A DNA stretch of 64,000 nt from Octopus sinensis (GCF_006345805.1 NC_043000.1:118110001-118174000), one strand, 5' to 3'. Shown: positions 39,058 to 52,364, counted from the first letter of the stretch. Numbers and translations are program-made. Notes: a model not told the origin generated them from the letters alone.

Positions 39058-39998
39058 GCCTTCGTCTTTTGTTTATTTTATTTAAAGCTTCCCGTTATAT
39101 ATTATGCGCTCACGTGGTCTCAATTCATCCTATATTCTACCCAATACCACTATCAAACACTTACCTCTACCTTGGATTTTCTTTACCTCTTGGATACTTA
39201 CCATCGGCTGCACCTCTCTTCGCGGATCAAGTGACTTTTGCATTGATGTGAAATCCTTAAAAAATATACCAGACGTATACAATTTCTCACCTTGAACTTT
39301 CAACTTGACTTGTTCGCATAAACTGTCCCGATCCTCACTACACCACATGACTTTACACATCACATCACATATGATGTGCCATACTAATACACACACACAC
39401 TAATACATAATACGTACTAATACATACTAGTACATACTAATACATACACCAACCCTATACAACACACGTCCAGACCCCGCATACGCACTTATACTCTCTC
39501 AAACACACACACAACACCTATACATACCAATACGTACTAATACATACTAATACATACTAATACATACACCAACCCCTACATGCACGTCCAGACCAATCCA
39601 CGCACTAATACTCTCTCATACACACACACACACACACACACCCTATAACATACTAATACATACCCCAACCCTATACATACACATCCAGACCCTCCACGCA
39701 CTTTTAGCTGGTCCCTCAACCCTATTATCTCCCCTTATTCGCTCTCGCGTCTCATGTTTGATCTTTGACCTCTGGCCGAAATCAGATCGCCATGTTGATT
39801 CGTTAGCTACTGCACGCATTTTTTTCTCTCTTCTTTCTGTGTTTTTCTCTCTATGTGTATCTTTCTGTTGAAGAGCGTAGGCTCGGAAACGTTAAAGACT
39901 TGTTTTATTTATATTCCTGAGCGCATACTAATACAATGTTCGTTTGTTTTCCACCTGCCTTCGTCTTTTGTTTATTTTCATAAAGCTTCCCGTTATAT
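39058..39998 (+). mobile_element. ~940-bp element with ~42-bp terminal direct repeats (Penelope pseudo-LTR-like)
   Basis: GCCTTCGTCTTTTGTTTATTTT..TAAAGCTTCCCGTTATAT at 39058-39100 and 39957-39998; hammerhead-like motif just before the second repeat; related minus-strand fragment at ~56690-56870. Confidence 0.6.
39860..39898 (+). ncRNA. Minimal hammerhead-like motif with variant core CUGUUGA
   Basis: UCUUU CUGUUGA A GAGC-GUAG-GCUC G GAAA CG UU AAAGA: stem I 5 bp, stem II 4 bp, AACGUU palindrome. Confidence 0.5.
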
Positions 39999-40014
39999 AT
40001 ATATATATATATAT

Positions 40015-40950
40015 ATATGCGACGGGCTTCTTTCAGTTTCCGTCTACCAAATCCACTCACAAAGCATTGGTCAGCCCGGGGCTATAGCAGAAGACACATG
40101 CCCAAGATGCCATGCAGTGGGACTGAACCCGGAACCATGTGGTTGGTAAGCAAGCTACTTACCACACAGCCACTCCTGCGCCTATTGTTTATGAATTACA
40201 TACAAAAGTAAGTAGTCTGAAATTTCACATGCGGAATACAAGAAAAGTCTGTTAATATGATCAACACACGTGTCATCGATAACTGTCAATTGTATTCTCG
40301 TTGATGTGATAAAGCTTTTGGCAATTACCGTTCATTACATCAACTAAATTTATTGGTTTCAAATTTTGGCATATGGCCAGCCATTTCTGAGCAGGGGTCA
40401 GTCAACTACATCAAGCCCCAGAACTTCGACTGGTACTTATTTTATCGACCTCGAAGGCATTAACGGCGTAGCACCATGGGCAAGTGTCTTCTACTATAGC
40501 CTCGGGCCGACCAATGCCTTGTGAGTGATTTTGGTTATCGGAAACCAAAAGAAGCCGTCGTATATATATATATATATATAATATATATATATTATGTATG
40601 TATGTATGTTATGTATGTATGTATTATGTATGTAAATTATTATATATAATTTACATACTGACCAATGCCTTGTGAGTAGATTTGGTAGTAGACGGAAAAT
40701 GAAAGAAGCCTTTTCGGATATATGTATATATAATATATGTGGTGTATGTTGTGGTCTGTGTTTTCCCCCTAGCATTGCTTGACAACCGATGCTGGTGTGT
40801 TTAGTCCCCGTTACTTAGCGGTTCGGCCAAAAGAGACCGAGAAGATAGAATAAGTACTGGGCTTACAAAAAGAATAAGTCCCGGGGTCGAGTTGCTCGAT
40901 TAAAGGCGGTGCTCCAGCATGGCCGCAGTCAAATGACTGAAACAAGTAAA
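40015..40950. mobile_element. Family A SINE copies (minus ~40015-40180; plus ~40470-40950)
   Basis: Match to family A head and tail. Confidence 0.75.
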
Positions 40951-41270
40951 AGTAAAAGTAATATTGATTTTTTTTTTTTTTTCTCTTAAATATCTTAGGT
41001 AGCTTCGTCGTAAGTTAAGGTGAAAGCGGGTTACTGAATCCGGAGTAGCGTCCCTTGGCACACTGTTATTCCACATGTTGATAAGAGATACAGAAGCAAA
41101 CACACACTCTATCTATTTCGCTTCCTCACTCTCACTTTCTATCTCTCTCTCACCTACTCTATTAATTTCTCTTTCTCTCTCACACACACATACACTCTCT
41201 CGCGCGCGCTTTCTCTCTCGCTCACATACACTTTATCTCTTTCTCTCTCTCTCTCACATACACTTTATCT

Positions 41271-41311
<41 letters not shown>

Positions 41312-41496
41312 GTCTTACACACACACACACACACTCTATCTATCTATCTATCTCTCACACACACACATACTGTCTATCTCACTTTCTCTCTCCCTAACAC
41401 ACACACTCACTCTGTCTGTCTGTCTCTCTCTCTCTCTCACACACACACACAGCAGATTAAACCCACACTAGAAGGCTACTTTGTGTTTTATAATGT

Positions 41497-42011
41497 ACTA
41501 GCAGTATCGCCCGGCGTTGCTCGGGTTTGTAAGGGAAATAACTATATAAGCATTTTTAGAGAGTTACTTCCCTTATAGATGCCAATTCGGGCTTTCTTAG
41601 CCATTTTTGTTTTGGTGTCTTCGAGCCATGAAGTCGTTGTTCTAAAAGAACGCTGGTCTCCTCAACAACGCTTACGAAGTTGATTTATTTACACTCCCTT
41701 CCCCACAGCTTCACGAGGGAGGGAAGGGGGAGAAGCAGCAAACAGGTGCAGCTATGAGCGTGGACGGCCAAACTCGCCGCCATCGACACACGATGCATTT
41801 ATGCATTAAAATGGAATAAAAAATGATGTTAAATTATTTTTAAAATCGTAGACTCATCGTTGACGCGCGCTAATACTCAGACGGGCTCGATATGAATCAC
41901 GACTATAAGATACCCGAATTTGGTTAAACTGCACCGCAAAATGTGGGAGGAGTTAGGAATCTAAATCGAAGGGGACAGACACTCACACAACTAGAGTTTT
42001 ATATATATAGA
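41497..42011 (+). mobile_element. Non-autonomous Helitron-like element (solo copy)
   Basis: T|ACTAGCAGTATCGCCCGGCGTTGCTCGGG ... ACAACTAGAGTTTTATATATATAGAT|T; same family as 21900-23090. Confidence 0.7.
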
Positions 42012-42119
42012 TTATCGACTCCATAATGGACGGTAAAGTCATGTATGAAGGGAGGTAACTCAGAGACGTGCGCGCGCGAACAGACGCACGCGCGCGTGCA
42101 CACACACATACATACATAC

Positions 42120-42442
42120 ATCGTCGTGGTACTCCGTCGGTTGCAACGACGAGGGTTCCAGTTGATCCGATCAACAGAACAGCCTCGCTCGTGAAACTAA
42201 CGTGCAAGTGGCTGAGCACTCCACAGACACACACGTGCACCCTTAACGTAGTTCTCGGGGATATTCAGCGTGACAAGGCTGGCCCCTTTGAAAAAGAAGG
42301 TACTACTCATTTTTGCCAGCTGAGTGGACTGGAGCAACGTGAAATAAAGTGTCCTGCTTAAGGACACAACGCATCGCCGGGAATTGAACTCACGACCTTA
42401 CAATCGCGAGCCGAATGCCCTAATCACTAAGCCACACGCCTT
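42120..42442 (-). mobile_element. Family C-related SINE with LINE-like tail
   Basis: Minus-strand head GGCGTGTGGCTTAGTGATTAGGGC, GAGTTCAATTCC B-box, CACTCAGCTGGCAAAAATGAGTA core. Confidence 0.7.
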
Positions 42443-42799
42443 TACACGTATACATGAATTAATATGAATGTGCACACGTACATACGTACACACACACGCG
42501 CATACACATACATACAGATATACATAAGTATGTATATAAGGGTAGAAATTTATATTAATCAATTAAAACCAGTGGCCTGGCATATTAAAAAAATCCGAAG
42601 ATTAAAATATTTTTTACATACAAAATTTAAAGGACTGACCACTAAAAGTGGACGGTCAATATGCTAGATATTCAGTCCTTTAAATTTTGTAAGTATGTAT
42701 ATATGTATTATGTATCTGTGCATGAGTGTGTGTATGATCGCGTGTTTGTACGTACATATATATAATTCTTTCATTTTTCAAAATTGTGATAAACAAAGT

Positions 42800-43790
42800 T
42801 CGTTTTATCTAAAATATACTCTACTTTCATTTTCTACAAAGCTCTTCTATCTATCTGGTAGACTTGCAAGGCCCCCTCTTCCAAAATTCCCTTGTCCATG
42901 ACGAAAAATACTCCTCTGACCTCGTCTACAGAATTCATAATTTTCCGTCCAAATAACCTTGAAGACTGCTGAATAAATTATAATCAGATGGGGTAGTGTC
43001 CGGCGAAAATGGAGAGTGGGGCATCGTTTCCCATTGAAACTGCCCTAGCTTTTAGACTGTCATCTTCACTGTATGTGGCCGAGCATTATCCTGATGGTAG
43101 AACACCTTTCATCTTGAAACCAAAGATGGTCATTTTTCTACTAGCACCGATTAAACCGCTCAAGCTGCTCGCAGTAGATACCCTTTGTTATCGTTTGGTT
43201 TGGGTTTAAAAGTTCAAAGTGGATTAAACCTTTCATATCTCACCAAACAGATAACAACACCTTACGTCGGTGGAGTCCTTCTTTAGCCTGAGGTGCTGGT
43301 GTTTCTCCTTTCCCAACCCACTGTCTTCGGCGATTGACGTTTTTATAGAGAACCCATTTCTCATCACCAGTCACTCATTCGGGAGACGTGAGAGCAAAGA
43401 AGCTCAAATATTCACTCCCTGTGTACGATTAGACTTGGAAAGTTTGTGAAGAACCCATTGCCCTAATTTGCTGACTTTTCCAATGGCATGCAGGTGTCGA
43501 TGAATGGTTGAATGACCAAATCCAAGCTTCTCTACCAGTTCCTCAACAGTTACGATGGGATGTTGTTCCAGCAGAGTTAGCAGAACGTCCTCGTCCAGCT
43601 CTACAGATATTCCAGAACGCTCATCTTCTAAGCTGTAGTTTCCGGCTCGGAATTTCTGGAACCTCCGTTGACACTGGCTTACGCTTATTGTCCGATCTGC
43701 ATTAATATTCCTCGCACTTTCTGTTGCGTTGTTGCCTTTATTGAACTCATAAAGCAAAATATGCTACTTCCTTTGCTACTTCATTTATCG
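42800..43790 (-). pseudogene. Mariner (D,D34D) transposase remnant, family M1
   Basis: LYEFNKGNNATESARNIN...LEDERSG...KVSKLGQWV; VTGDEKWVLYKN; HQDNARPH; MPHSPFSPDTTPSDY. Stops and frameshifts present. Confidence 0.9.
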
Positions 43791-43892
43791 CTTTGAAAAA
43801 ATAAACACGAATAAATATAAACAGCACATGACCTTGCAGGTGGGGTCCAGTTAGAATTTTCTTCTGGTCGATATTATTATCATTATTATTAT

Positions 43893-43968
43893 TCAGGTCA
43901 TTGCCTGGACTCGAACTCTGAATCTTGGGGTTAGTAGCCCGCGCTCTTAACCACTATGCCATATGCCC
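43893..43968 (-). other. tRNA-like segment (A-box/B-box) at the 3' end of the Penelope-like element
   Basis: GGGCATATGGCATAGTGGTTAAGAGCGCGGGCTACTAACCCCAAGATTCAGAGTTCGAGTCCAGGCAATGACCTGA followed by (AAT)n; near-identical copy at 55261-55336. Confidence 0.7.
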
Positions 43969-44870
43969 GCAGGTAATTATGGAGTGAATTTTAGGGCATA
44001 TAAATCTAATATTTTCCTATCCTTCCTTAATACAAGTTCCCATATGCTGTTCAAATCTGCACTCGGCCTGCTTAGGAAGATATTGTGTCCTAGCTTATAT
44101 GCTGCTTTTTTTTTGTTTCCGTATTTTCCAGTGGTGTTCTCTGTCTATTATTTTAACTTCATCCCACAGGAGGTGGTCTCCATTTTACCATACATGATCA
44201 GCTATACCCGATTTATCAATATCTCCCCGTGTCACAGCTTTGCGATGTTCCTCTACCCTTATTTTGAAGGGGGCGGCTTGTTTCACCTTTGTATAACCTA
44301 CCACAGCTGCATGGGATGGAGTACACGCAGTCTTTGGTCATATTCTCTCCTATTGGTGGTTTTACTCGAAGGAGATATTTGCAAAGTATTGTATTACTCT
44401 TGAATACTGTCCTGATGTCATATGGGCTGCATATCTTTTGTATCTTTTCGGAGAGGCCTTTCACACAGAGTAGACAGACTGTGGACAGTTTATCCTCTCT
44501 GGAGTGGAGAGTATGCTTTTGGGGGGTAATTGTTGCTTAATAGATTGTTACTTAGCTTGATCATTTCTTCGTGGTGGGTATCACGATCACTACTTATATT
44601 CATTGCTCAATGTTTTAGGCACTGAGCAATTCCACTCTTTACACTGTATGGATGGTGGGAATTGAAGTTGAATTATCGTCCAGTGAAGGTATACGGATGT
44701 CCTTGCGGTATACGGATGTCCTAAATCCATACTTGGTGCGTGTTATTAATACGTCCAGGAATGCTAGCTGATTGTCTTTTTCTTTTTCCATTGTGAACTG
44801 TATAGATGGCTTTATTAAGTTCACATGATCTAACAGCACTTGGACATCTTCCTGGTGGGGCCAGAGTATG
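43969..44870 (-). mobile_element. Penelope-like retroelement remnant (RT C-terminus + GIY-YIG endonuclease)
   Basis: IQFTMEKEKDNQLAFLDVLITR...FRTSVYRK; NFNSHHP..VKSGI; KGLSEKIQKIC; CVYSIPCSCGRLYKGETSRPL (GIY-YIG). Frameshifted and 5'-truncated. Confidence 0.85.
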
Positions 44871-45109
44871 ACTAGCAGCCATAGGGTTTAGCTATGGGTT
44901 CGCCATTATAACCGATAATAGCCAATATATACATGGAATACTTTGAGAATTTGGCTTTAGGATCAACACCACTAAAACTAACCCTATGGGTGGTGCATTG
45001 TGCTCTTGATCAAAACACTTCATCTCACATTGCTCTGTGATCAATTCGATCCCTGTTCAGGCAACATCGATTTAATGATGGGGGTGAGCTAATATACTTT
45101 TCTACTCTA

Positions 45110-45470
45110 GGCACAGGGCTCGAAAGTTTGGAGGAGGGTGGGGCAGTCGATTAGATCGACCCCAGTACGCAACTGGTTCTTAATTTATCGAAGCCGAAAG
45201 GATGAAAGGCAAAGTCGACCTCGGCGGAATTTGGACTCAGAACGCAGCAGCGGACGAAATACCTATTTCTTTATTACCCACAAGGGGCTAAACACAGAGG
45301 GGACAAACAAGGACAGACACACGGATTAAGTCAATTATGTCGACCCCAGTGCGTAACTGGTACTTATTTAATCGACCCCGAAAGGATGAAAGGCAAAGTC
45401 GACCTCGGCAGACGAAATACGGCTACGCATTTCGCCCGGCGTGTTAACGTTTCTGCCAGCTCGCCGCCTT
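45110..45470 (-). mobile_element. Family B SINE (duplicated body)
   Basis: Ends TTCTGCCAGCTCGCCGCCT (reverse-complement head). Confidence 0.8.
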
Positions 45471-46130
45471 CAGGGGTGAGCAAATATAGGACACATAGAT
45501 TTTGATCACTATAAACAAATCATTTATACAAGCCGTTCGGCCAAATAAGGAAATAAGCTGGGCGAGTCCATTATGTATATAAGCGGATGAGTATATATGA
45601 TATGTGCGAGTATGAGAAAAATATTGTTTCTCCTGTGCCTATCTCTTACTGTCGTTTTCTTACATACATACAAATACTGACATTTTTCTCACGCATTTGT
45701 ATTGTTACTATTTTCAATGTAACTCTTTGCCTAAGATGAACCACTCCTAAACCAGTGAAACGAATTATAGATAGATAGATACACACACAGGCGCGCATAC
45801 AAACATATATAATAACGATTAAGACTAAATTGCTCACATAACTTGAAGACATGAACCAGGTAAGTCAAATCATACGTTCAACCGCAACGATTTTTCATTT
45901 TTGCCCCAGTTTAATCACGATCGTTCACACAACAAAATTAAATGCGTTACAAAGTGTATTAATGTGATGGCACCATGCTATTAAATGTTTACGTTTTGCA
46001 CGATTTGGGTTTTTCAAAAGGAGGTGGTTTCAAGTTTATATCTCTTTTCTAAAAAACTGGGTACATTTAAATGATATCTCTCAGAAGATTTTTTCCGTTG
46101 GTCCTACCTTTAATGGAACTGTGAACTATA

Positions 46131-46227
<97 letters not shown>

Positions 46228-46356
46228 TATATATATACATATATATATATATGAATATATACACATATATGTATATATTTTGTGTGCGTGCGTGTATGTA
46301 TATATATGCTTGTATGTGTATGTACGTACATGTGTCAGTGAGTGTATATAGATATA

Positions 46357-46397
<41 letters not shown>

Positions 46398-46854
46398 AAA
46401 ACACACACGACAGGCTTCTCTCAGTTTCCGTCTACCAAATCTACTCACCAGGCTTTGGTCGACCCGAGGCTATAGTGGAAAACACTCGCCCAAGGTGCTA
46501 CGCCAACGCTTTGAATATAAATTATTATTATTTTCACTCTGAGAGCCGCAGCCATTCTCGGAGTTTGATGTTGCGGGGTCGATAAATTAAGTACCAGTTG
46601 CGCACTGAGGTCGATGGAATCGACTTAATCCGTTTGTCTGTCCCCTCTGTGTTTAGCCCCTTGTGGGAAGTAAAGAAATAGATATTTCGTTTGTCTTTAC
46701 GTTCTGTGTTCAAATTCCGCCGAAGTCGACATCCTTAAAGAGTCGATAAATTAAGTACCAGTTGCTCCACAAAAATTTCGGGCCTTATGCCTAGAATAAA
46801 AAAAGAATATCTGGTACTTTGTTTATTTGTTTGTTTTATTTGTTTCTTTGTTTT

Positions 46855-47057
46855 TTTGTATGTATGTATGTATGCATGTATGTATGTATGTATGTATGTA
46901 TGTATGTATGTGTGTATGTATGTATGTATGTATGTATGTATGTATGTATGTATGTATGTATGTATGTGTGCGTGTGTATGTATGTATGTGTGTGTATGTG
47001 TGTATGTATGTATGTGTGCGTGTGTATGTATGTATGTATGTGTGCGTGTGTGTGTGT
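46855..47057. repeat. (TATG)n/(TG)n microsatellite
   Basis: Directly visible. Confidence 0.95.
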
Positions 47058-47474
47058 TGCATGGAACATGAATACTTTGTAGTCGCCATAGGTTAGCGAG
47101 TTAATGAAAACTTTATAGTGCCCCAACATGACCGTTGCCCAATGACGAGAACCGCTAAAAGAATATGTGAATAGGTTGAGATTAAACAAATTTCAGGAAA
47201 CCACAGGCAATTTCAAAAGCAGCGGGAAAGGGCAAACATGGCTGGGTGGTAAGAAGGTGGTTTACCAGCCACATAGTTCCGGGTTCTTCTGTTGCCTGGC
47301 ATTTTGGGCCACGTGTCTTCTACTATAGCCTCGAGCCGGGCAAAGCCCTGTGAGTGCATTTGATAGGCGGAAACTGAAGCATGTTGTATATATATATTAT
47401 ATATATATTATATATATATATATAATATATACACACACATTATACATATATATACATATATACATTATACATTA

Positions 47475-47523
<49 letters not shown>

Positions 47524-47725
47524 GCATACATTATACACATATATATATATACATTATATATATACACACACATACATTATATATATATATATACATTATA
47601 CATATATACACATAGTTATACATATATATATACATTATATATATATATACATTATTACAATATATATACATTATACATATCCTATATATATACATTATAC
47701 ATATATATACACATTATATTTATAC

Positions 47726-47756
<31 letters not shown>

Positions 47757-47794
47757 ATATATATGTACATTATGTATATGTATATACATTATTC

Positions 47795-48140
47795 TCTTTT
47801 ACTCTTTACTTGTTTCAGTCATATGACTGTGGCCATGCTGGAGCACCGCCTTAAGTCGAGAAAATTGACCCCAGGACTTATTCTTTGCAAGCCTAGTACT
47901 TAATCTATCGGTTTCTTTTGTCGAACCGCTAAGTTACGGACAAACACAAACACATAAACACACACACACATATATACGACGGGCTTCTTTCAGTTTCCGT
48001 CTACCAAATCCACTAACAAGGCTTTGGTCGGCCCGAGGCTATAGTAGAAGACACTTGCCCAACGGGCCACGCAGTGGGACTGAACCTAGAACCATGTGGC
48101 TGGTAAGCAAGCTACTTACCACACAGCCACTCCTAAGCCT
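47795..48140 (-). mobile_element. Family A SINE
   Basis: Reverse-complement tail and head match family A. Confidence 0.8.
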
Positions 48141-48169
48141 ATGCATATACATACACACCGCGCGCCACA

Positions 48170-48213
<44 letters not shown>

Positions 48214-48256
48214 CACACACACATATCTATATATATATATATATATATATATATAG

Positions 48257-48309
<53 letters not shown>

Positions 48310-48312
<3 letters not shown>

Positions 48313-48652
48313 TACAGGACACCACAAATAAACGTAGAACACAACGAGAGACGAAACACATAAAATCAAACAAGGAAACGGACTTTTTTTTAATAACGAA
48401 AAAACAGAGTACAGGACAAACAATACAAGGAAAATTCCCCTTCATCAGCTATCCCTGGTTCGACTCAAAGTGTGTTTCGAAGGTAAGGACAGAACACGGA
48501 TGAAGCAGTCCTTCCTGCAAAAGAAATTAAATAAAATAATTTGCAGAGGGGTAAAAACAGTGACAAAAACAGGACGTAAAAAGTCCGTTTCCTTGTTTGA
48601 TTTATGTTTTCATCTCTCGTTTGTGTTTACGTTATTTGTGATGTCCTGTACT

Positions 48653-48653
<1 letters not shown>
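48310..48653. mobile_element. Element with ~80-bp imperfect terminal inverted repeats between (TA)n tracts
   Basis: GAGTACAGGAC.CCACAAATAAACGTA...GGAAACGGACTTTT (48310-48388) versus AAAAGTCCGTTTCC...GTCCTGTACTC (48578-48653). Confidence 0.7.
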
Positions 48654-48711
<58 letters not shown>

Positions 48712-48831
48712 GCATGTATATATACATGTAGATGTAAGTATGTACATATATGTATGTTATATGCATATATTTTATATATATGTATATATGTACAATATGT
48801 ATGTATATAGGCATATATTTATTTAATTTTG

Positions 48832-48887
<56 letters not shown>

Positions 48888-49064
48888 ATATATATATATA
48901 TATACATATGCATATGTGGGCGCAGGACGTCACGAAACGTGTACCCATGGAATATGAACTATTTTTTCGAACAACGAAAGACACAAATGGAAAACAAGAC
49001 AAACAACACAACGAACGACCCTTCATCATTTGTTGGCTGTTTTTCTACTCTCGTATTTCCATTT

Positions 49065-49953
49065 TCCAGAAATTCTGAGCCAGAAGCTACAGCTTAGAAG
49101 ATGAGCATCGTCCAGGAAGATCTGTAGAGTTTGATGAGGCCGTCCTGCAAACTCTGCTGAAACAAAATCCCATCGCAACTGTTGAGGAATTAGCTGAGAA
49201 TTTTGGATTCAGTCCCTTCAAACATTCATCCGGAAAGTAGGAAAATTCTGTCAATGGGTTCCTCCCAAACTTTCCGAGTCTAATCGCGTGCAGAGAGTGA
49301 ATATGTCCTCCTCTTTGCTCTTACATCTCACGAATGAACTTTTTTGGACCGAATAGTGACTGATGACGAGAAATTGGTTTTGTATAAAAATGTCAAACGC
49401 CGAAGACATTGGGTAAGGAAAGGAGAAATACCGGCACCCCAAGCTAAAGAAGGTCTTCACCCACGTAAGATGTTGTTATCTGTTTGCCGGAGTATGAAAA
49501 GTTTAATCCACGTTGAACTTTTAAACCTAAACCAAACGATAACAAAGGAGATCTGCGAACAGCTTGAGCGGCTTAAGTCAGCACTAGAGGAGAAACGGCC
49601 ATCTTCGGCTATTCCAAATGATGGAGCAGTCTGAATGGGAAACGATGCCCCACTCACCATATTCGCCGGACACTACTCCATCTGATTATCATTTATTCCG
49701 CAATCTTCAAAATCATTTGAAAGGAAAAAATATGAATTCTGTAGACGAGGTCAGAACAGTAGTGGAGGAATATTTTTCGTCAGAAACAGTGAATTTTGGA
49801 AGAGAGGGTGGGGCTTTGCAAGTTTACCAGATAGATGGAAGAGCATTGTAGAAAATAAAGGAGAGCATATTTTAGATTAAAAAAGAACTTTATCGTAATT
49901 TTGAAAAATAAAAGATTAAAAATAAAAGGCATTATTTATGGGCTGACCCGATA
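49065..49953 (+). pseudogene. Mariner (D,D34D) transposase remnant, family M1, with 3' TIR
   Basis: FQKF...SLEDE..., RIVTDDEKLVLYKNVKRRRHW, MPHSPYSPDTTPSDYHLFRNLQNHL; ends CATTATTTATGGGCTGACCCGATA; internal deletion removes the HQDNA region. Confidence 0.9.
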
Positions 49954-49988
49954 CATACATATACATATATATATACACACACATATAC

Positions 49989-50033
<45 letters not shown>

Positions 50034-50922
50034 TGGGCTTGTATGTATCTAAGTATGTGTGTTTGTCCCCACCAGCGCTTGCCAACAGGTGCTGGTGTGT
50101 TTACGTCCCTGCAACATAACGTTTCGGCAAAATACTTCTATTGAATAAGCACCATGTTTAAGAGGATAGTAGTACTGTGGTCGATTCATTCAAGTAATCC
50201 TCAATCCCGTGCCCCAGCATGGCCGCAGTCTAATGTGTGAAATATATATAAAAGACGAAAGATAGCACAGCTAAAATGTGTTTGTAATGTTAGGTCTGCT
50301 ATCCATTTTTTTTTTCAATAATTTCTGAATTTTCATCGATATTGTATTAATCTTGTATCTCCATCTTTTACTCATTTTAGTCATTGGACTCCAGCCATTG
50401 TGGGCCACTGCCTTGAAGGGTTTAGTGGAACAACTGACCCCAGTGCCTAAATTTTATAATCTGGCACTTATTCGATCGGCGTCTTTGCCAAATCGCTAAA
50501 TTACAGGAACGTAAACAATCCAACACCGGATGTCAAGCGGTCGGACGGGAGGACACACACACATGACAGACTTCTGTACAGTTTTCTTCCACCAAATTTA
50601 CTCCATGGCATTGACCGTTCCGAGGCTTTAGTGAAAACACTTGCCCAGCGTGTTGTGCAGTGTTGAACCCGGAATAACGTGACTATAAAGCTATCTTAAA
50701 ATTTGAAAGTACCACCCGAGACGGGCCGCTCCCAGTTCTAAGCTATTACACTAGCACCTAGATTTGAATCTATTCAGAATCGATAAAATTACAGATTTTA
50801 TAGGCATTTTACCCTATAAACAAGAAATGCATATTGCTAACAACAGCGAAACCTTTTAACTACATACAATGAATATATATTTCTTTACTACCCACAAGGG
50901 GCTAAAACATACAATGAATATA

Positions 50923-51335
50923 GGCGCAGGCGTGGCTGTGTGGTAAGCTGTATGCTCCCCAACCACATAGTTCCGGGTTCAATCCTACTGCTTAAAACCT
51001 TGGACAAGTGCCTTCTACTATAGCCACGGGCCGACCAAAACCTTGTGGACGGAGGCAGAAAGAAACGCTTCGTACACACGCACACACACACATATGCATG
51101 TATGAAAGTACATTTCCATGTGTGTGTGCGTCTGTGTTTTTCTATGTTTGTGTCTGTGTTTGTCCTCCACCACCACTTGACAATCGGTGTTGGTATGCTT
51201 AAGTAACTTAGCGGTTTGGCAAAAAGACACCGATAGAATAAAAAAAGAAATAAGTCCGGGGGTCAATTTGTTCGACTGAAAACCGTCAAGGTGGTGCCCC
51301 AGCGTGACCGCAGTCATATAACTGAAACAAGTAAA
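50923..51335 (+). mobile_element. Family A SINE
   Basis: AGGCGCAGGCGTGGCTGTGTGGTAAG head, GAAACAAGTAAAAGATA tail. Confidence 0.8.
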
Positions 51336-51959
51336 AGATAATAGATTTATTTCAGCACAAGGCCAGTATTTGAAGCGAGAGGGAATTCGGTTACATTGAC
51401 CCCAGTACTTAAAAGGTAGTTATCTTATCGACCCCGAAAGGATGAAAGGCAAAATCGACCTCGGCGGCATTTGAATTCAGACCGTTGAGCGCCCTAAAAA
51501 AGTTCCACTAAGCATGTTGTCCGGCGCCGCAGCAATTTTGTCAGCTTGCTGTCTTACATACAATGAATATTAATCTTACTTTTGATATTACCATTTATTC
51601 TAGAAAGGGGATTATCACAAACTCACTCACCTCAAATTACACCAAAATTAGAAAGGGTTTACAAAGCGATAACTTCTAAGCCCCAATTTAATGATAATTT
51701 GGAATTAAGAATATTCAAAGAAGGTATTCTGTCGGTTAAAATAGAACCTTACGCAAGCCGCGGAAAAGCCTAAAATTGGCTTCAACAAAACCAGTGATTC
51801 AACAATATTTCTCTGTATATTGTCTGAAAATATAATATATCCTGTTTCTATAAATAAGATGTCTTTATTTTAAACAAGTGTTAAAAAGAGGTCAAACGAG
51901 AATATGGTGATTTTTTATTGTTGGTTTGTGAAATAAAAACTAGTTTTTTGTCGTTATTT

Positions 51960-52240
51960 CCTTCTCGAGCCATGCCTGGCCCATAAGGGCCGGTTTGCTG
52001 ATTTCATTTGCGTATGGGTTCCCCACCTGGATGGAACGCCGATCCGTCACATATAAAATGCTAGATGCAGGAGGAAAGACAGAGAAAGTTGTGGCGAAAG
52101 AGTCAGCAGAAGTTCGCCATTACCTTCTGCCGGAGCCGCGTGGAGCTTAGGTGTTTCGCTCATAAACACACACATCGCCTGGTCTGAGATTCGAACCCGC
52201 GACCCCTCGACCGCTGCTCTAACCACTAGGTATGTGCCTC
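51960..52240 (-). mobile_element. Family C SINE
   Basis: Reverse-complement head (CTCTAACCACTAGG..GTGCCTCCAC) and V-domain-like core. Confidence 0.7.
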
Positions 52241-52364
52241 CACAACAACAAATTTACCGTTCACAATCCAGACTCGGTATTCACTCGAGAAGAGTGATTT
52301 ATTACATGTTGGTGATGTTAAAAGAGTGTAGCAATCAGTCTCCTGTAGAGGTCGCATAACATGT

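Noticed and set aside
39130-39396. 88-aa minus-strand ORF inside the direct-repeat element
   Set aside because: No recognisable domain; starts in low-complexity sequence.
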